Assembly: GCA_003484955.1 (NCBI GenBank)
Contig: DMZH01000001.1
Location: forward strand, 215,848-279,847
Source of the DNA: Candidatus Woesebacteria bacterium
GTDB lineage: Bacteria > Patescibacteriota > Microgenomatia > UBA8517
Reading direction: 5' to 3'
Length of the DNA stretch: 64,000 nucleotides
Shown: positions 17,448 through 27,280 of the stretch, piece by piece
Position numbering within the stretch: position 1 is the first letter of the stretch
Layout of the letters: the number at the start of each line of letters is the position of its first letter
The notes under the pieces: generated by a model
Databases searched by the model: none
Told to the model about the DNA's origin: nothing
The model's input: only the letters and a program-made list of their open reading frames with translations
Program-made: the position numbers and the translations under genes

Positions 17448-18020
17448 CTAGAAATTTATTGGAATCTCAAGAGTTTTTGAGTTTTCAGGATTTCCGCTAG
17501 GATTGTCATTTTCCAAAATCAAAGTTCCGGAACCTGTAGCGGCTTTAAATGTTAAAGTTGCGCTAAATTCCACCAACCCTCCTGTCTGCCAGCTTCCCTT
17601 GACCGTTTCTCTGGCACCCGTCTGGGCAATTATGTTTTGACCCAAATCAACAAGTTTTATGGGGAATGTCCCTTCAAACATCCAACCGGCGGGGACAGTG
17701 CCGGTAACCTTTAAAGGGCTTTTCACTTTTGAGCCCGCGGAAGGCGATGAAACGGTCGGCAGGTCGGCAGAAGGTGCCGGCGATGGGGTGGTAGTTAAAA
17801 CCGGAGCGGGAGTTACCTGATAACCGGCTAATTTTTCTTTTAGAGTTTGGTTTTGATTATACAAAAAAACAATTGCGCCTAGAGCTAAAAGAATAAAAGC
17901 AGCAACGCTTAAAATTGTGACCAGACCACTTGAGAAATTCTGATTTTTTGGTACGGGATTTTGGGAAATTATCACATGGGACACTTCATCAACAGGGTTC
18001 ATATGCAGAAATTGTAACAT
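17448..18020 (-). CDS. Membrane-anchored protein with a C-terminal Gmad2-like immunoglobulin-like domain
   Basis: 190 aa; TM helix, PAPVLTTTPSPAPS linker, then GTVPAGWMFEGTFPIKLVDLGQNIIAQ...GSGTLILENDNPSGNPENSKTLEIPINF, resembling GerM/Gmad2-type Ig-like domains. Confidence 0.5.
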   Translation of the reverse strand: MLQFLHMNPVDEVSHVIISQNPVPKNQNFSSGLVTILSVAAFILLALGAIVFLYNQNQTLKEKLAGYQVTPAPVLTTTPSPAPSADLPTVSSPSAGSKVKSPLKVTGTVPAGWMFEGTFPIKLVDLGQNIIAQTGARETVKGSWQTGGLVEFSATLTFKAATGSGTLILENDNPSGNPENSKTLEIPINF

Positions 18021-18071
18021 AATCTGCTTTACTCATGAAGCGATTAGCTCTAAACTGATAAATATATCATT

Positions 18072-19049
18072 ATGGAAGAAACTGTCCAAAAACTACTTGC
18101 CGAAGGGCACGGAATTCTTGCAGCCGACGAGAGTTCTAAAACCATTGATAAAAGGTTTGCCGCACTTGGTGTTGAATCCACTTCCGAAACACACAGAAGG
18201 TATAGAGAGATGCTTTTAACTACTCCGGGAATCGGAAATTATCTTGGGGGTGTAATATTTTTTGATGAAACGGTTAGACAAAAAATTGGAGAGAAAACAT
18301 TTCCGGAGTATTTGACGGGGCAGGGAATAGTACCAGGAATAAAAGTTGATGAGGGTTTGGAACCTTTCAACGGAACTGAGGAAAAAATCACCAAGGGAAT
18401 CGAATCTCTTGATAACAGATTGAAAGGATATAAAGAAATGGACCTAAAGTTTACCAAGTGGAGAGCTGTAATCCAAATCTCCGATATTTTCCCGACGGAT
18501 GCTTTTTTGGATGAGAATATGGAGCGTTTGGCTGAATTTGCCGAAATTTCTCAAAAGAATGATTTTGTTCCGATAGTGGAACCCGAAATTCTTTTAACCG
18601 GTAACCATACCACAACGCGCTGTGATGAAATTGAAACAAAAGTCCTGCGAGTCCTTTTTGCCAAGCTCAAGTCAAAAAACATTGATTTGACGAATCTTCT
18701 TTTAAAAACTAGCATGGTTCTTCCCGGAAAAGACAGTGGTGTAAAAGCAGAACCTCTGGAAGTTGCCCATGCAACTCTTAGAGCACTAGGTAAATCAGTT
18801 CCTCCGGAGGTTGCCGGTGTAGTTTTTCTTTCAGGCGGACAGACGCCGGATGAGGCGACAAACAACTTAAATGAGATAGTAAAATTGAAGGAAGACGCTC
18901 CTTGGAAAATTTCTTTTTCTTTCGCAAGAGCTTTGCAGGAAGAAGCTATGTCCGAATGGGGGGGAAAAGATGAAAACAAACTTTCGGCTCAAGAGGTGTT
19001 TATAAAACGTTTAGAAAAGGTTTCAAATGCCCGAAATGGAAAACTTTGA
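18072..19049 (+). CDS. fba: Fructose-bisphosphate aldolase, class I
   Basis: 325 aa; hallmark GILAADES plus the Schiff-base region LLKTSMVLPGK and FLSGGQ. Confidence 0.8.
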   Translation: MEETVQKLLAEGHGILAADESSKTIDKRFAALGVESTSETHRRYREMLLTTPGIGNYLGGVIFFDETVRQKIGEKTFPEYLTGQGIVPGIKVDEGLEPFNGTEEKITKGIESLDNRLKGYKEMDLKFTKWRAVIQISDIFPTDAFLDENMERLAEFAEISQKNDFVPIVEPEILLTGNHTTTRCDEIETKVLRVLFAKLKSKNIDLTNLLLKTSMVLPGKDSGVKAEPLEVAHATLRALGKSVPPEVAGVVFLSGGQTPDEATNNLNEIVKLKEDAPWKISFSFARALQEEAMSEWGGKDENKLSAQEVFIKRLEKVSNARNGKL

Positions 19050-20034
19050 TTTACTCTCCATAGGAGATTCTGCACTTGATGTTTTTATGACTCCTACGGA
19101 GAGTGAGACCGTTTGCAGAATCGATACCAAGGAATGTCTGATTGCTTTTTCCTATGGCGATAAAATTCCGGTTAAAAACCTGGAGTTCTCAATCGGAGGA
19201 AACGCTGCCAACAATGCGGTTGGGGTGAGGAGGCTTGGAGTTTCAACCGGAATTGTTTTGACGCTGGGGGCGGACAATGTCGGGGACATGATTGTTAAAA
19301 GACTTAAAGATGAGTTGGTTGATGTTACATATGTAATTCAACAGCCGTCAACCTCATCAAATTATTCAACAATAATAAATTATTCCGGAGAAAGGACAAT
19401 ATTTGTATATCATGCCCCGAGGAGTTATGAATTTCCGGTTCAGCTTCCCGTTGCCCCCTGGGTGTATCTTACGAGCATGGGGGAAAGTTTCAGGCCTTTT
19501 TATATCCACCTGGTTGACTGGAAAAAGAGAAACCCACAAATCAAGCTTGCTTTTAATCCGGGCAGCTGGCAGATGAGGGCAAATTTTGACGAGATAAAGG
19601 ATGTAATGAGTCTGACATATGTAATTTTCGTAAACAGAAAAGAGGCGGAAAAGCTTACCGGTTTTGGGGATTCAACAAAGAGAGAAAGAGATCTTTTGAT
19701 TTCTCTTTCCAAACTCGGACCAAAAATTTGTGTGATTACGGACGGCTCGAAAGGATCCTTCGCTTACGACAGCATTAACGGCAAGTTTTTAAGTGCAGGA
19801 GTGCTCCCTGTTGACGCCTACGAAAGAACCGGAGCGGGGGATGCTTTTGGTTCCGGAACACTCTCCGCCTTAGTTCATGGAAAAACTCTTGATGAGGCTC
19901 TTCTTTGGGGAACTTGTAATTCAGCATCTGTTATTGGCTACACAGGTTCTCAAAGGGGTCTTTTAAAATTCGAAGAAATGAACGCCTGGCTAGCTCGAGC
20001 CAAAAGCAGTGGAGTTTTGGTTCAACCTTTTTAG
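19027..20034 (+). CDS. PfkB-family carbohydrate kinase (ribokinase-like)
   Basis: 335 aa; N-terminal GG motif region (SIGGNAANNAVG) and C-terminal TGAGDAFGSG anion-hole motif. Confidence 0.75.
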   Translation: MPEMENFDLLSIGDSALDVFMTPTESETVCRIDTKECLIAFSYGDKIPVKNLEFSIGGNAANNAVGVRRLGVSTGIVLTLGADNVGDMIVKRLKDELVDVTYVIQQPSTSSNYSTIINYSGERTIFVYHAPRSYEFPVQLPVAPWVYLTSMGESFRPFYIHLVDWKKRNPQIKLAFNPGSWQMRANFDEIKDVMSLTYVIFVNRKEAEKLTGFGDSTKRERDLLISLSKLGPKICVITDGSKGSFAYDSINGKFLSAGVLPVDAYERTGAGDAFGSGTLSALVHGKTLDEALLWGTCNSASVIGYTGSQRGLLKFEEMNAWLARAKSSGVLVQPF

Positions 20035-20045
20035 ACTTTAATCAT

Positions 20046-21056
20046 ATGGCAAAAATTTTTGTTACCAGAAAAATTCCGGGAAACAGTCTGGAAAAACTTA
20101 AAGAAAGCGGGAATGAAGTTGTAATATCGGAATTTGGCAGGCCTTTAACCGCAGAAGAACTTTTGGAGAAATCAAAGGGCGTTGATTGCCTTCTTTCACT
20201 TCTAACAGACCGGATTGATGCCGATGTAATGGACGCAATTGGACCGCAACTTAAGATAATAAGCAATTATGCCGTGGGCTTTGACAATATTGACGTAAAA
20301 GCTGCGGGGGACAGGGGAATAATTGTAACCAACACTCCCAGTGATGAAGTCAACGAGGCCGTTGCGGAGCATACCTGGGCCCTGATTCTTGCCTTAGCCA
20401 GAAGAATTGTCGAATCCGACGAGTTTGTCAGAAATCAGGGTTATTTTGCCGCCTCAGGTGGATATAAAGGTTGGGAACCGGACTCATTCCTTGGTCCTTC
20501 CGTAAAAGGTAAAACGTTAGGGATTATTGGACTGGGGAGAATTGGTTCCATGGTGGCCAGACGTGCCAAAGGATACGAACTTACAGTCCTTTACAATAAA
20601 CACAGCAGGGAGTTGGAAATAGAGAAGGAGATGGGGATTAGATTTTGTGAATTGGATGAACTTTTGGCTTCGTCAGACTTTGTAACCCTGCATGTCCCCT
20701 TGACTGATGAAACTCGGGGAATGATCAACAAAGAAACTTTGGGTAGGATGAAGCAAGGATCCTATTTGGTTAATACCGCCAGAGGCCCGATTGTAGATGA
20801 AAGTGATTTGATAGAGGCACTGGACAGCGGAAAATTGGCAGGGGCGGCACTGGACGTTTTTGAAAGCGAACCCACTATCAGTCCGAAATTAATATCCATG
20901 CCAAATGTTATTATGACCCCGCATATTGCCAGTGCCACCTGGGAGGCAAGAAATAAAATGGGGGAGCAGGCGGTTACCGCCATTATTGATGTGATAAACG
21001 GTGCTAAACCTCAAAACATGGTTGACGAGAGAGTCTGGGATGTCCGAAGAAAATAA
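20046..21056 (+). CDS. D-isomer-specific 2-hydroxyacid dehydrogenase (glyoxylate/hydroxypyruvate reductase or phosphoglycerate dehydrogenase-like)
   Basis: 336 aa; NAD-binding GIIGLGRIGSMVARRAKG and the catalytic R/E/H arrangement (RG...E...HIAS). Confidence 0.8.
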   Translation: MAKIFVTRKIPGNSLEKLKESGNEVVISEFGRPLTAEELLEKSKGVDCLLSLLTDRIDADVMDAIGPQLKIISNYAVGFDNIDVKAAGDRGIIVTNTPSDEVNEAVAEHTWALILALARRIVESDEFVRNQGYFAASGGYKGWEPDSFLGPSVKGKTLGIIGLGRIGSMVARRAKGYELTVLYNKHSRELEIEKEMGIRFCELDELLASSDFVTLHVPLTDETRGMINKETLGRMKQGSYLVNTARGPIVDESDLIEALDSGKLAGAALDVFESEPTISPKLISMPNVIMTPHIASATWEARNKMGEQAVTAIIDVINGAKPQNMVDERVWDVRRK

Positions 21057-21078
21057 ACTTCTTATATAGAATAAATTT

Positions 21079-21396
21079 ATGGCAATTTTTGGAAAAAAAG
21101 AAGACGAATTTGAAGAAGAGGAAGATTTTAGATCCGGTAGAAAAATTACCAGGAAGTTTAAAGATCTAAACCCTGAAAATAAAAAAAGGAGAAAAGAACC
21201 TCCCAAACCCTGGGGTAAAAAAGAGAGACTAATTGTGCTGATTGTTCTTCTTGTATCGACTTTAACTTCGGTTATACTGCTGTTTAGCAACTCTTTTAAA
21301 ATTAAGTTTGCCGAATTCCGTATTGGAGTACCCGAGTTTAATCTGAATTCGATAAATATCTTTAAAGGTGAGACAATAGTTATCGAGAAAAAATAA
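21079..21396 (+). CDS. Hypothetical single-pass membrane protein
   Basis: 105 aa; acidic/basic N-terminus then the TM helix LIVLIVLLVSTLTSVILLF. Confidence 0.45.
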   Translation: MAIFGKKEDEFEEEEDFRSGRKITRKFKDLNPENKKRRKEPPKPWGKKERLIVLIVLLVSTLTSVILLFSNSFKIKFAEFRIGVPEFNLNSINIFKGETIVIEKK

Positions 21397-21404
21397 CATT
21401 CAAT

Positions 21405-22070
21405 ATGAAGAAACTTACTTCACCATTCACGCTTATTAAAAAATCGCTGGAAATATTTACTAAAAAGGAAAATTTTCTTTTTCTAATCAAAATTTATCTG
21501 CCGGTGGCGGTTTTATCGTTGATTTCATTGGCTTTTATAAACATTCCCTTTTTGTCTAAAACGTTGGACGCTTCTTTGGGGAACGCCGTAAATATAGTAG
21601 TCGGCATAATCTTCCTCGTTTTCTCGGTTTTTATGAGCATAGCCGGAATAATGGCTGTTATCAGGATAATCGACGGTAAAAATCTGCGAGTGGAAGGGGT
21701 TTATAAAGAAGCTTTTTCAAAATTTGGAATTTTCTTCTTGCTGACAATTACCATTTATTTAATAAATCTCCTGGGACTGGTTTTGTTGATCGTTCCGTTT
21801 GTTCTTGTGGTTATCTGGTTTGCGTTCAGTAAATTTGTAATGGTTGATAAAGGCGTCGGAATCAAAGTATCGCTTCTAGAAAGTAAGGGTATGGTGAAAG
21901 GGATTTTTTGGCAAGTTCTCGGCAGGTTAATTATCTTCGGACTCTTTTGGTTTTTCTCACAGATGGTATTGTCAGTTTTACCTTTCGGAATAGGGACTGT
22001 TATTTATGGTCTTTGCGGAGGGCTTTTTGTAATTCCGTCGTTTCTTCTCTACAGGGAAATTAACGGGTAA
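21405..22070 (+). CDS. Hypothetical polytopic membrane protein
   Basis: 221 aa with four or more hydrophobic segments. No recognised motif. Confidence 0.5.
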   Translation: MKKLTSPFTLIKKSLEIFTKKENFLFLIKIYLPVAVLSLISLAFINIPFLSKTLDASLGNAVNIVVGIIFLVFSVFMSIAGIMAVIRIIDGKNLRVEGVYKEAFSKFGIFFLLTITIYLINLLGLVLLIVPFVLVVIWFAFSKFVMVDKGVGIKVSLLESKGMVKGIFWQVLGRLIIFGLFWFFSQMVLSVLPFGIGTVIYGLCGGLFVIPSFLLYREING

Positions 22071-24360
22071 ACTCTGTACTGGCTCCCGTGTCGAGAATTT
22101 TGTTTTTCTTTTTTCTCTCATCGTCATCTAACCGTTTTTGATCAAAATTGCAGTGTTTAGTTGGACGGTTCTCATCTAAAAACCATTCTTGCCTGGTGGG
22201 ACAATTATCGCAAGGAAGTGTGCCCGATAGAGAACAGATATTTACTTTACTGATGCCGTCCGGAACTTTCCAATCGATAGATGGCTGTCCGTTTAAAACC
22301 GCCATCATAATTTTATTCCAGATAGGAGAGGCTCCGGTTACACCTGAAGCGACACGACTCATGGGGGAGTTGTCATTATTTCCAACCCAGGTTAATACTA
22401 AATAGTTTTGGTTATATCCCACTGTCCAATTATCCCTGAGGTCATTACTGGTCCCTGTTTTAACTGCTATTTCAGGATGATCTTTTACTGCCAGGTAGGA
22501 GTTATATCCGAATTCAGGCGCCCTAGCGCCGTTATCTTTAAGAATGTCTGTCAAAAGAAACGCAACTCTCTCGTCAATTACCTGGGTTACCACCGGATCA
22601 TTTTTTTCTAAGATTTGTCCCTTGTAATTTTTAACTTCCAAAATTGGCATAAAATCGGGTCTTTTGCCCGAGCCTGCCAGTGTCGCGTAGACTTTAGACA
22701 GATCAAGGGCTGTAACAGCACCTCCTCCGAGTGTTAAGGAAAGTCCGTAATCGGAGGGGTTCTCCCAAGTCGTGATTCCCATTTTTCGGCCTTCCTCAAT
22801 CATTTTTGGAACACCATACGAAGCAAGAATTTTTACTGCTGGAATATTTCTACTTTGGGCAAGTGCGCTTCTCAGGGTAATTTGTCCCCGATATTGCCCA
22901 TCGTAGTTTACCGGAGTGTAGGATGTTGTTCCTGGTGTATAAAAGGTAATTGAGGAGTCATCGATAATCGAGGCGGGCGTAAATCCGTTGGAAAGTGCGT
23001 AAGCATAATTTACAACCTTAATTGAACTTCCGGGTTGTCTTACACTTGTAATAACATTTACGTTTCCATCATTTTCGGTATCGAAATAATTTTTTGATCC
23101 CACCATCGCTAAAATTTCTCCGGTTTGGGGATTCATAACAAGCGCTGCACCGTTTCCAACATGGAGTCTGTCCAGTTTGTCTACTTCGGCCTTAACAATT
23201 TGTTCAGTGGCTTCTTGTATGGGCAAGTCCAGGCTGGTTGTGACTTCAAGTCCTCCTTTTTCGACAACGCTCTCCCCATATTTATCGACAAGAAGCTGCC
23301 TGATATACATCACAAAATGAGGGGCTTTGATTTCCGTCTTTCTCGAAACAAAATGCAGCTTCTCGGCGGCTGCCGTGATTGCCTGACTTTGGGAGATGTA
23401 TTTATTTATCATCATCAAACGTAAAACCTCCTTTTGTCTTTCAAAAGCAAGCTCCGGGTTCGATCCGAATGGTGAGAAAGTCGTCGGGCTTTTAGGAAGT
23501 CCTGCCAGAAGAGCAGCCTCTGATAGAGAAATATCTTCGACATTTTTTCCGAAATATGATTCGGATGCTTCCTGGATTCCGTATGCAGTGCCGCCATAAC
23601 TCACCTCATTCAAATACATTTCAAAGATTTGATCTTTGGTGTAAATCGTTTCAATTTCGACGGAAAGAATTAATTCACGAATCTTACGTGTTATTGTTTT
23701 TTCGGGGGAGAGGAGTGTGTTTTTAACAAGCTGCTGAGTAATAGTTGAACCTCCTTGAACCGAGCCGGTTTTAACATCTTGTACTATTGCCCTAAAAATT
23801 CCTCTCAGGGAAAATCCGGGATGGGAATAAAACTCGGCGTCTTCAGCAGCCAAAGTTGCCAGTTTTACACTGTCCGGAATTTGAGTTAGGGGAATTATGG
23901 TTCTGTTTTTATCCTTATATATTTTGTAGAGGAGATTGCCGTTTCGGTCATAAATTTTGGTTGAAACTTCGGGAACCCTGGACCCAAGCTCTCCGGGAGA
24001 CGGCATGTCGCGGATGATAAAAAAGTAAAAAGCGGAAACAAGAAATAAAGCCAGGATCAATGTTGCAAAAAAAGACCAGGCTTTGCGGCGCGGGCGGCGT
24101 TTTCGTTTCTTCTCCGATTTAGCAAAAAAGTTTTTAAAACGTGTAGAAACTTTTATGAAAATTAATCCTAAACGAAGTTCCTCAAGTCTCAGGGAAAATT
24201 TGGAAAACACCGATTTCTTTGCTTTGCCTTTACTTTTCTTTTTAACTTTAATTGATCCTATTTTATTTGTGATTACGACCGGCAAAAGAAGTAAACCGGC
24301 AAGAAAAAAATATATAGGCTTGCCGAGTAGGCTGAGAATCCGTTTAGTTGCTTTAACCAT
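22060..24360 (-). CDS. Class A penicillin-binding protein (PBP1A family; glycosyltransferase + transpeptidase)
   Basis: 766 aa; GT51 motifs EDAEFYSHPGF, GGSTITQQLVKN, RKIRE and transpeptidase motifs (SxxK region GSSIK, SxN, KTGT). Extra Cys-rich C-terminal tail. Confidence 0.85.
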   Translation of the reverse strand: MVKATKRILSLLGKPIYFFLAGLLLLPVVITNKIGSIKVKKKSKGKAKKSVFSKFSLRLEELRLGLIFIKVSTRFKNFFAKSEKKRKRRPRRKAWSFFATLILALFLVSAFYFFIIRDMPSPGELGSRVPEVSTKIYDRNGNLLYKIYKDKNRTIIPLTQIPDSVKLATLAAEDAEFYSHPGFSLRGIFRAIVQDVKTGSVQGGSTITQQLVKNTLLSPEKTITRKIRELILSVEIETIYTKDQIFEMYLNEVSYGGTAYGIQEASESYFGKNVEDISLSEAALLAGLPKSPTTFSPFGSNPELAFERQKEVLRLMMINKYISQSQAITAAAEKLHFVSRKTEIKAPHFVMYIRQLLVDKYGESVVEKGGLEVTTSLDLPIQEATEQIVKAEVDKLDRLHVGNGAALVMNPQTGEILAMVGSKNYFDTENDGNVNVITSVRQPGSSIKVVNYAYALSNGFTPASIIDDSSITFYTPGTTSYTPVNYDGQYRGQITLRSALAQSRNIPAVKILASYGVPKMIEEGRKMGITTWENPSDYGLSLTLGGGAVTALDLSKVYATLAGSGKRPDFMPILEVKNYKGQILEKNDPVVTQVIDERVAFLLTDILKDNGARAPEFGYNSYLAVKDHPEIAVKTGTSNDLRDNWTVGYNQNYLVLTWVGNNDNSPMSRVASGVTGASPIWNKIMMAVLNGQPSIDWKVPDGISKVNICSLSGTLPCDNCPTRQEWFLDENRPTKHCNFDQKRLDDDERKKKNKILDTGASTEFTR

Positions 24361-24404
24361 TTTCCGCGAATTGTAACAGTAAAACCGCCAAAATAAAAGC
24401 TAAA

Positions 24405-26627
24405 TCAGCGTAGAGGGTAGTTTATAGTTGCCGATCCGGAAGCAATAGCACAGGTCAGACAGAATAGTGTTCCGTCAGGATCTGTATAAGTGGGTTTATT
24501 TTCCGTATGAACTTGATCCGGCGGATCAGAGGAGGAAGCCATCTGACCGGTGGCATTATTTATAAGAATATCCTGAAATATGATGTTTGATGTTGCCGGA
24601 ACGGTTCCTGTAAGAAAATACTCAAATCTTGTCGGACATCCGGGATTCCCTGGATCTTGAGATGGAGGAGCGCCTCCGGTATCGGCACAAATTGTTGCTC
24701 CAACCACGCCGTCCGGTTGTTTTGGCCAAGCGTGTCCTTTATCATTGGGGTCATAATCTCCGGCCTCAGCTTTAGCAAGCACCGCTTTCATAATTTTGTT
24801 CCAGATGGGAGAGGCTCCGGAGACTCCGGAAACCGCACCACCCATTGAACTGTTATCGTTGTTTCCCACCCAAGTAACAACAACAGCATCTGCCGTGTAG
24901 CCGACAGTCCAATTATCGCGTCTATCGTTTGTTGTACCTGTTTTAACCGAAACTTCAGGGTGCCCCGCCACATTCAGGAAAGAACTTGGACCAAACGCTC
25001 CCGTTCTGGCATTGTTGTCCAAAAGTATGTGGGATGTTAAAAATGTAACACTGGGTTCTAAAATTCGATTTCCTGTTAACACATTTTTAGAAGGATCATA
25101 TTCGGATAGTGTATTCCCTTTCCAATCGGTAACTTTTGTTATCGCGACAAGAGGCTGCTCAATTCCTTGATTAGCAAAGACTCCGTAGGCAACTGCCATA
25201 TCATAGGGCCGGACTAAGATTCCGCCCAAAGTTGCGGAAAGTCCGTAATCTTTTGGATCGGTAAGGGTGGTTAAACCCATCTTTTTCCCAAAATCGATGA
25301 AATTTTCCAGACCGTTCAGAGCCAGTACCCTTACGGCAGGAATGTTGTATGAATTTCCCAGCACAAATCTTGTCTGAACCAAACCATGAAAAGTTCCGTC
25401 ATAATTTACCGGACAGTAATCGGGTTGACCCGGTACCCTAAAACAGGTTGGAACATCCGCAAAAGCCGTTGCCAAAGTTATTTTTTGATCCCTAATGGCC
25501 AGAGCATAATTCAAAGGTTTGATGGAGCTTCCCGGTTGCCTTTGGGAAAGAACTACGTTTACTTTGCCGTCCTCATCCGTGGCAAAATAGTCTTTTGAAC
25601 CTACCATCGCCAAAATCTCACCGGTAGAGGGTCTTGTAACAATTGCGGCGCCATTTCCAACTTTCTGTTTTTTAAGTTTGGCAACCTCTGTCGCAACAGC
25701 CTGCTGGGCCAGATTTTGTATGTCCAGATCCAGCGTTGTGTAAACTCTTAAGCCGCCCTGTTCTACGATTTTCTCGCCATATTTTTCGGCAAGCTGTTCT
25801 TTAATCCAAAGCGCAAAATGGGGCGCTTGCGTGGGATTAATATTTGCGTAATGAAGCTCCTCTTTACTTGCCTGATCAACTTCTTCCTTTGTGATATATT
25901 TATTCGCAATCATTTGTCTCAAAACTTCTTCCTGCCTGCCCTTTGCAAGTTCCGGATGGGCCCCGAATGGCGAGTAAGTGGAGGGCCTTTGCGGCAGTCC
26001 TGCCAAAAGAGCCGACTCGGCAAGACTTAAATCTTTTGTGGATTTACCAAAATATGTCTCACTGGCGGATTCAACTCCATAGGCAGTTCCTCCGTAGGGG
26101 ATTGTATTTAAATACATTTCCAGAATTTGATCCTTGGAATAAATAGACTCAATAACAACCGTTAAAATCAGCTCCTGAGCTTTTCGTCTGATAGTTTTCT
26201 CACTAGTTAGAAGTGAATTTTTTACAAGTTGCTGAGAGATGGTTGAGCCTCCCTGAACCTCGTGCTTAAAAATTGTGTTATAAAGTGCGCGGGCAATTCC
26301 CGTATATGAGACTCCCTGATGTTTATAAAAATCCTTATCTTCAATTGAAACAGTCGCATTTTTAAGGTAGACCGGAATTTCATTAAGTTTAATTGGTGTC
26401 CTTTTCCTGTCGGTATAAATTTCGTAAATCAACCTGCTGTTTCTGTCAAATATCTTAGTTGACACTGGTAATGTTTCGGAAATAAGTTTTGTAGGAAGAG
26501 GAATTCCCCAAAAAAGGTAAACTCCGACCACTGTTACGACCCCCCAATAAACCGTAGCCTTAATTCCGCGCCTGGTGGTAAGTAAATATCTAGTTTTATA
26601 GCTGATTAATTTAAAAAGCCTTTTCAT
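24405..26627 (-). CDS. Class A penicillin-binding protein (PBP1A family), paralogue of the preceding gene
   Basis: 740 aa; EDKDFYKHQG, GGSTISQQLVKN, PGSSIKP, KTGTT. Long C-terminal Pro/Gly-rich extension. Confidence 0.85.
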   Translation of the reverse strand: MKRLFKLISYKTRYLLTTRRGIKATVYWGVVTVVGVYLFWGIPLPTKLISETLPVSTKIFDRNSRLIYEIYTDRKRTPIKLNEIPVYLKNATVSIEDKDFYKHQGVSYTGIARALYNTIFKHEVQGGSTISQQLVKNSLLTSEKTIRRKAQELILTVVIESIYSKDQILEMYLNTIPYGGTAYGVESASETYFGKSTKDLSLAESALLAGLPQRPSTYSPFGAHPELAKGRQEEVLRQMIANKYITKEEVDQASKEELHYANINPTQAPHFALWIKEQLAEKYGEKIVEQGGLRVYTTLDLDIQNLAQQAVATEVAKLKKQKVGNGAAIVTRPSTGEILAMVGSKDYFATDEDGKVNVVLSQRQPGSSIKPLNYALAIRDQKITLATAFADVPTCFRVPGQPDYCPVNYDGTFHGLVQTRFVLGNSYNIPAVRVLALNGLENFIDFGKKMGLTTLTDPKDYGLSATLGGILVRPYDMAVAYGVFANQGIEQPLVAITKVTDWKGNTLSEYDPSKNVLTGNRILEPSVTFLTSHILLDNNARTGAFGPSSFLNVAGHPEVSVKTGTTNDRRDNWTVGYTADAVVVTWVGNNDNSSMGGAVSGVSGASPIWNKIMKAVLAKAEAGDYDPNDKGHAWPKQPDGVVGATICADTGGAPPSQDPGNPGCPTRFEYFLTGTVPATSNIIFQDILINNATGQMASSSDPPDQVHTENKPTYTDPDGTLFCLTCAIASGSATINYPLR

Positions 26628-26699
26628 TCGGAAAGAAAGTATATTACATTATATTACAGATAGTGTAATCTGTTATTGCGGAGAGCATAAGTCAAACTT

Positions 26700-27230
26700 T
26701 TGATACAATATATCTTATTAATGGAAACCCTCAAACAACTTGAATCAAGATCCTGGTGGAAATATCTTGGCGAGGATATTCAGAAACTTCTTTCAACATC
26801 GGAATTTCTTTATGATGTTGTTGAAGGTTGGGGAGCAGATCTGCCGGGTGGGAAAGAGAAATTCCATGATTATTCTTTTGTACTCTTCCCCGCGGCGAAG
26901 GCTTACGAAGGTTTTTTGAAGAAAATGTTTTTGGATATGGGATTTATCACTGAAGAGGATTATTTCGGTAAGCATTTTAGAATCGGCAAAGCACTTAACC
27001 CCTCACTACCCAGAGAACTGAGAAACGAAAGCGTGTATGACAAAATTGTCCAATATTGCCGGGGGGAAGATCTGGCGGATCACCTTTGGGAGACATGGAG
27101 ACTCTGCAGAAATTTAATTTTTCACTGGTTTCCGAATGAAAAAAATGCAATTACCTTGCCCGAGGCAAGGCAGAGGATGGAAATGATAATAAATGCAATT
27201 GATGAAGCTTTTGAAGGGTGTAAGATATAA
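26700..27230 (+). CDS. Hypothetical protein with a C-terminal R-x4-H (HEPN-like) motif
   Basis: 176 aa; LCRNLIFHWF near the C-terminus. Otherwise unrecognised. Confidence 0.45.
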   Translation: MIQYILLMETLKQLESRSWWKYLGEDIQKLLSTSEFLYDVVEGWGADLPGGKEKFHDYSFVLFPAAKAYEGFLKKMFLDMGFITEEDYFGKHFRIGKALNPSLPRELRNESVYDKIVQYCRGEDLADHLWETWRLCRNLIFHWFPNEKNAITLPEARQRMEMIINAIDEAFEGCKI

Positions 27231-27280
27231 GATATACTTTGCATCTCGTGAACTCGATGTAAAATAAAATAGAAGGAAAA

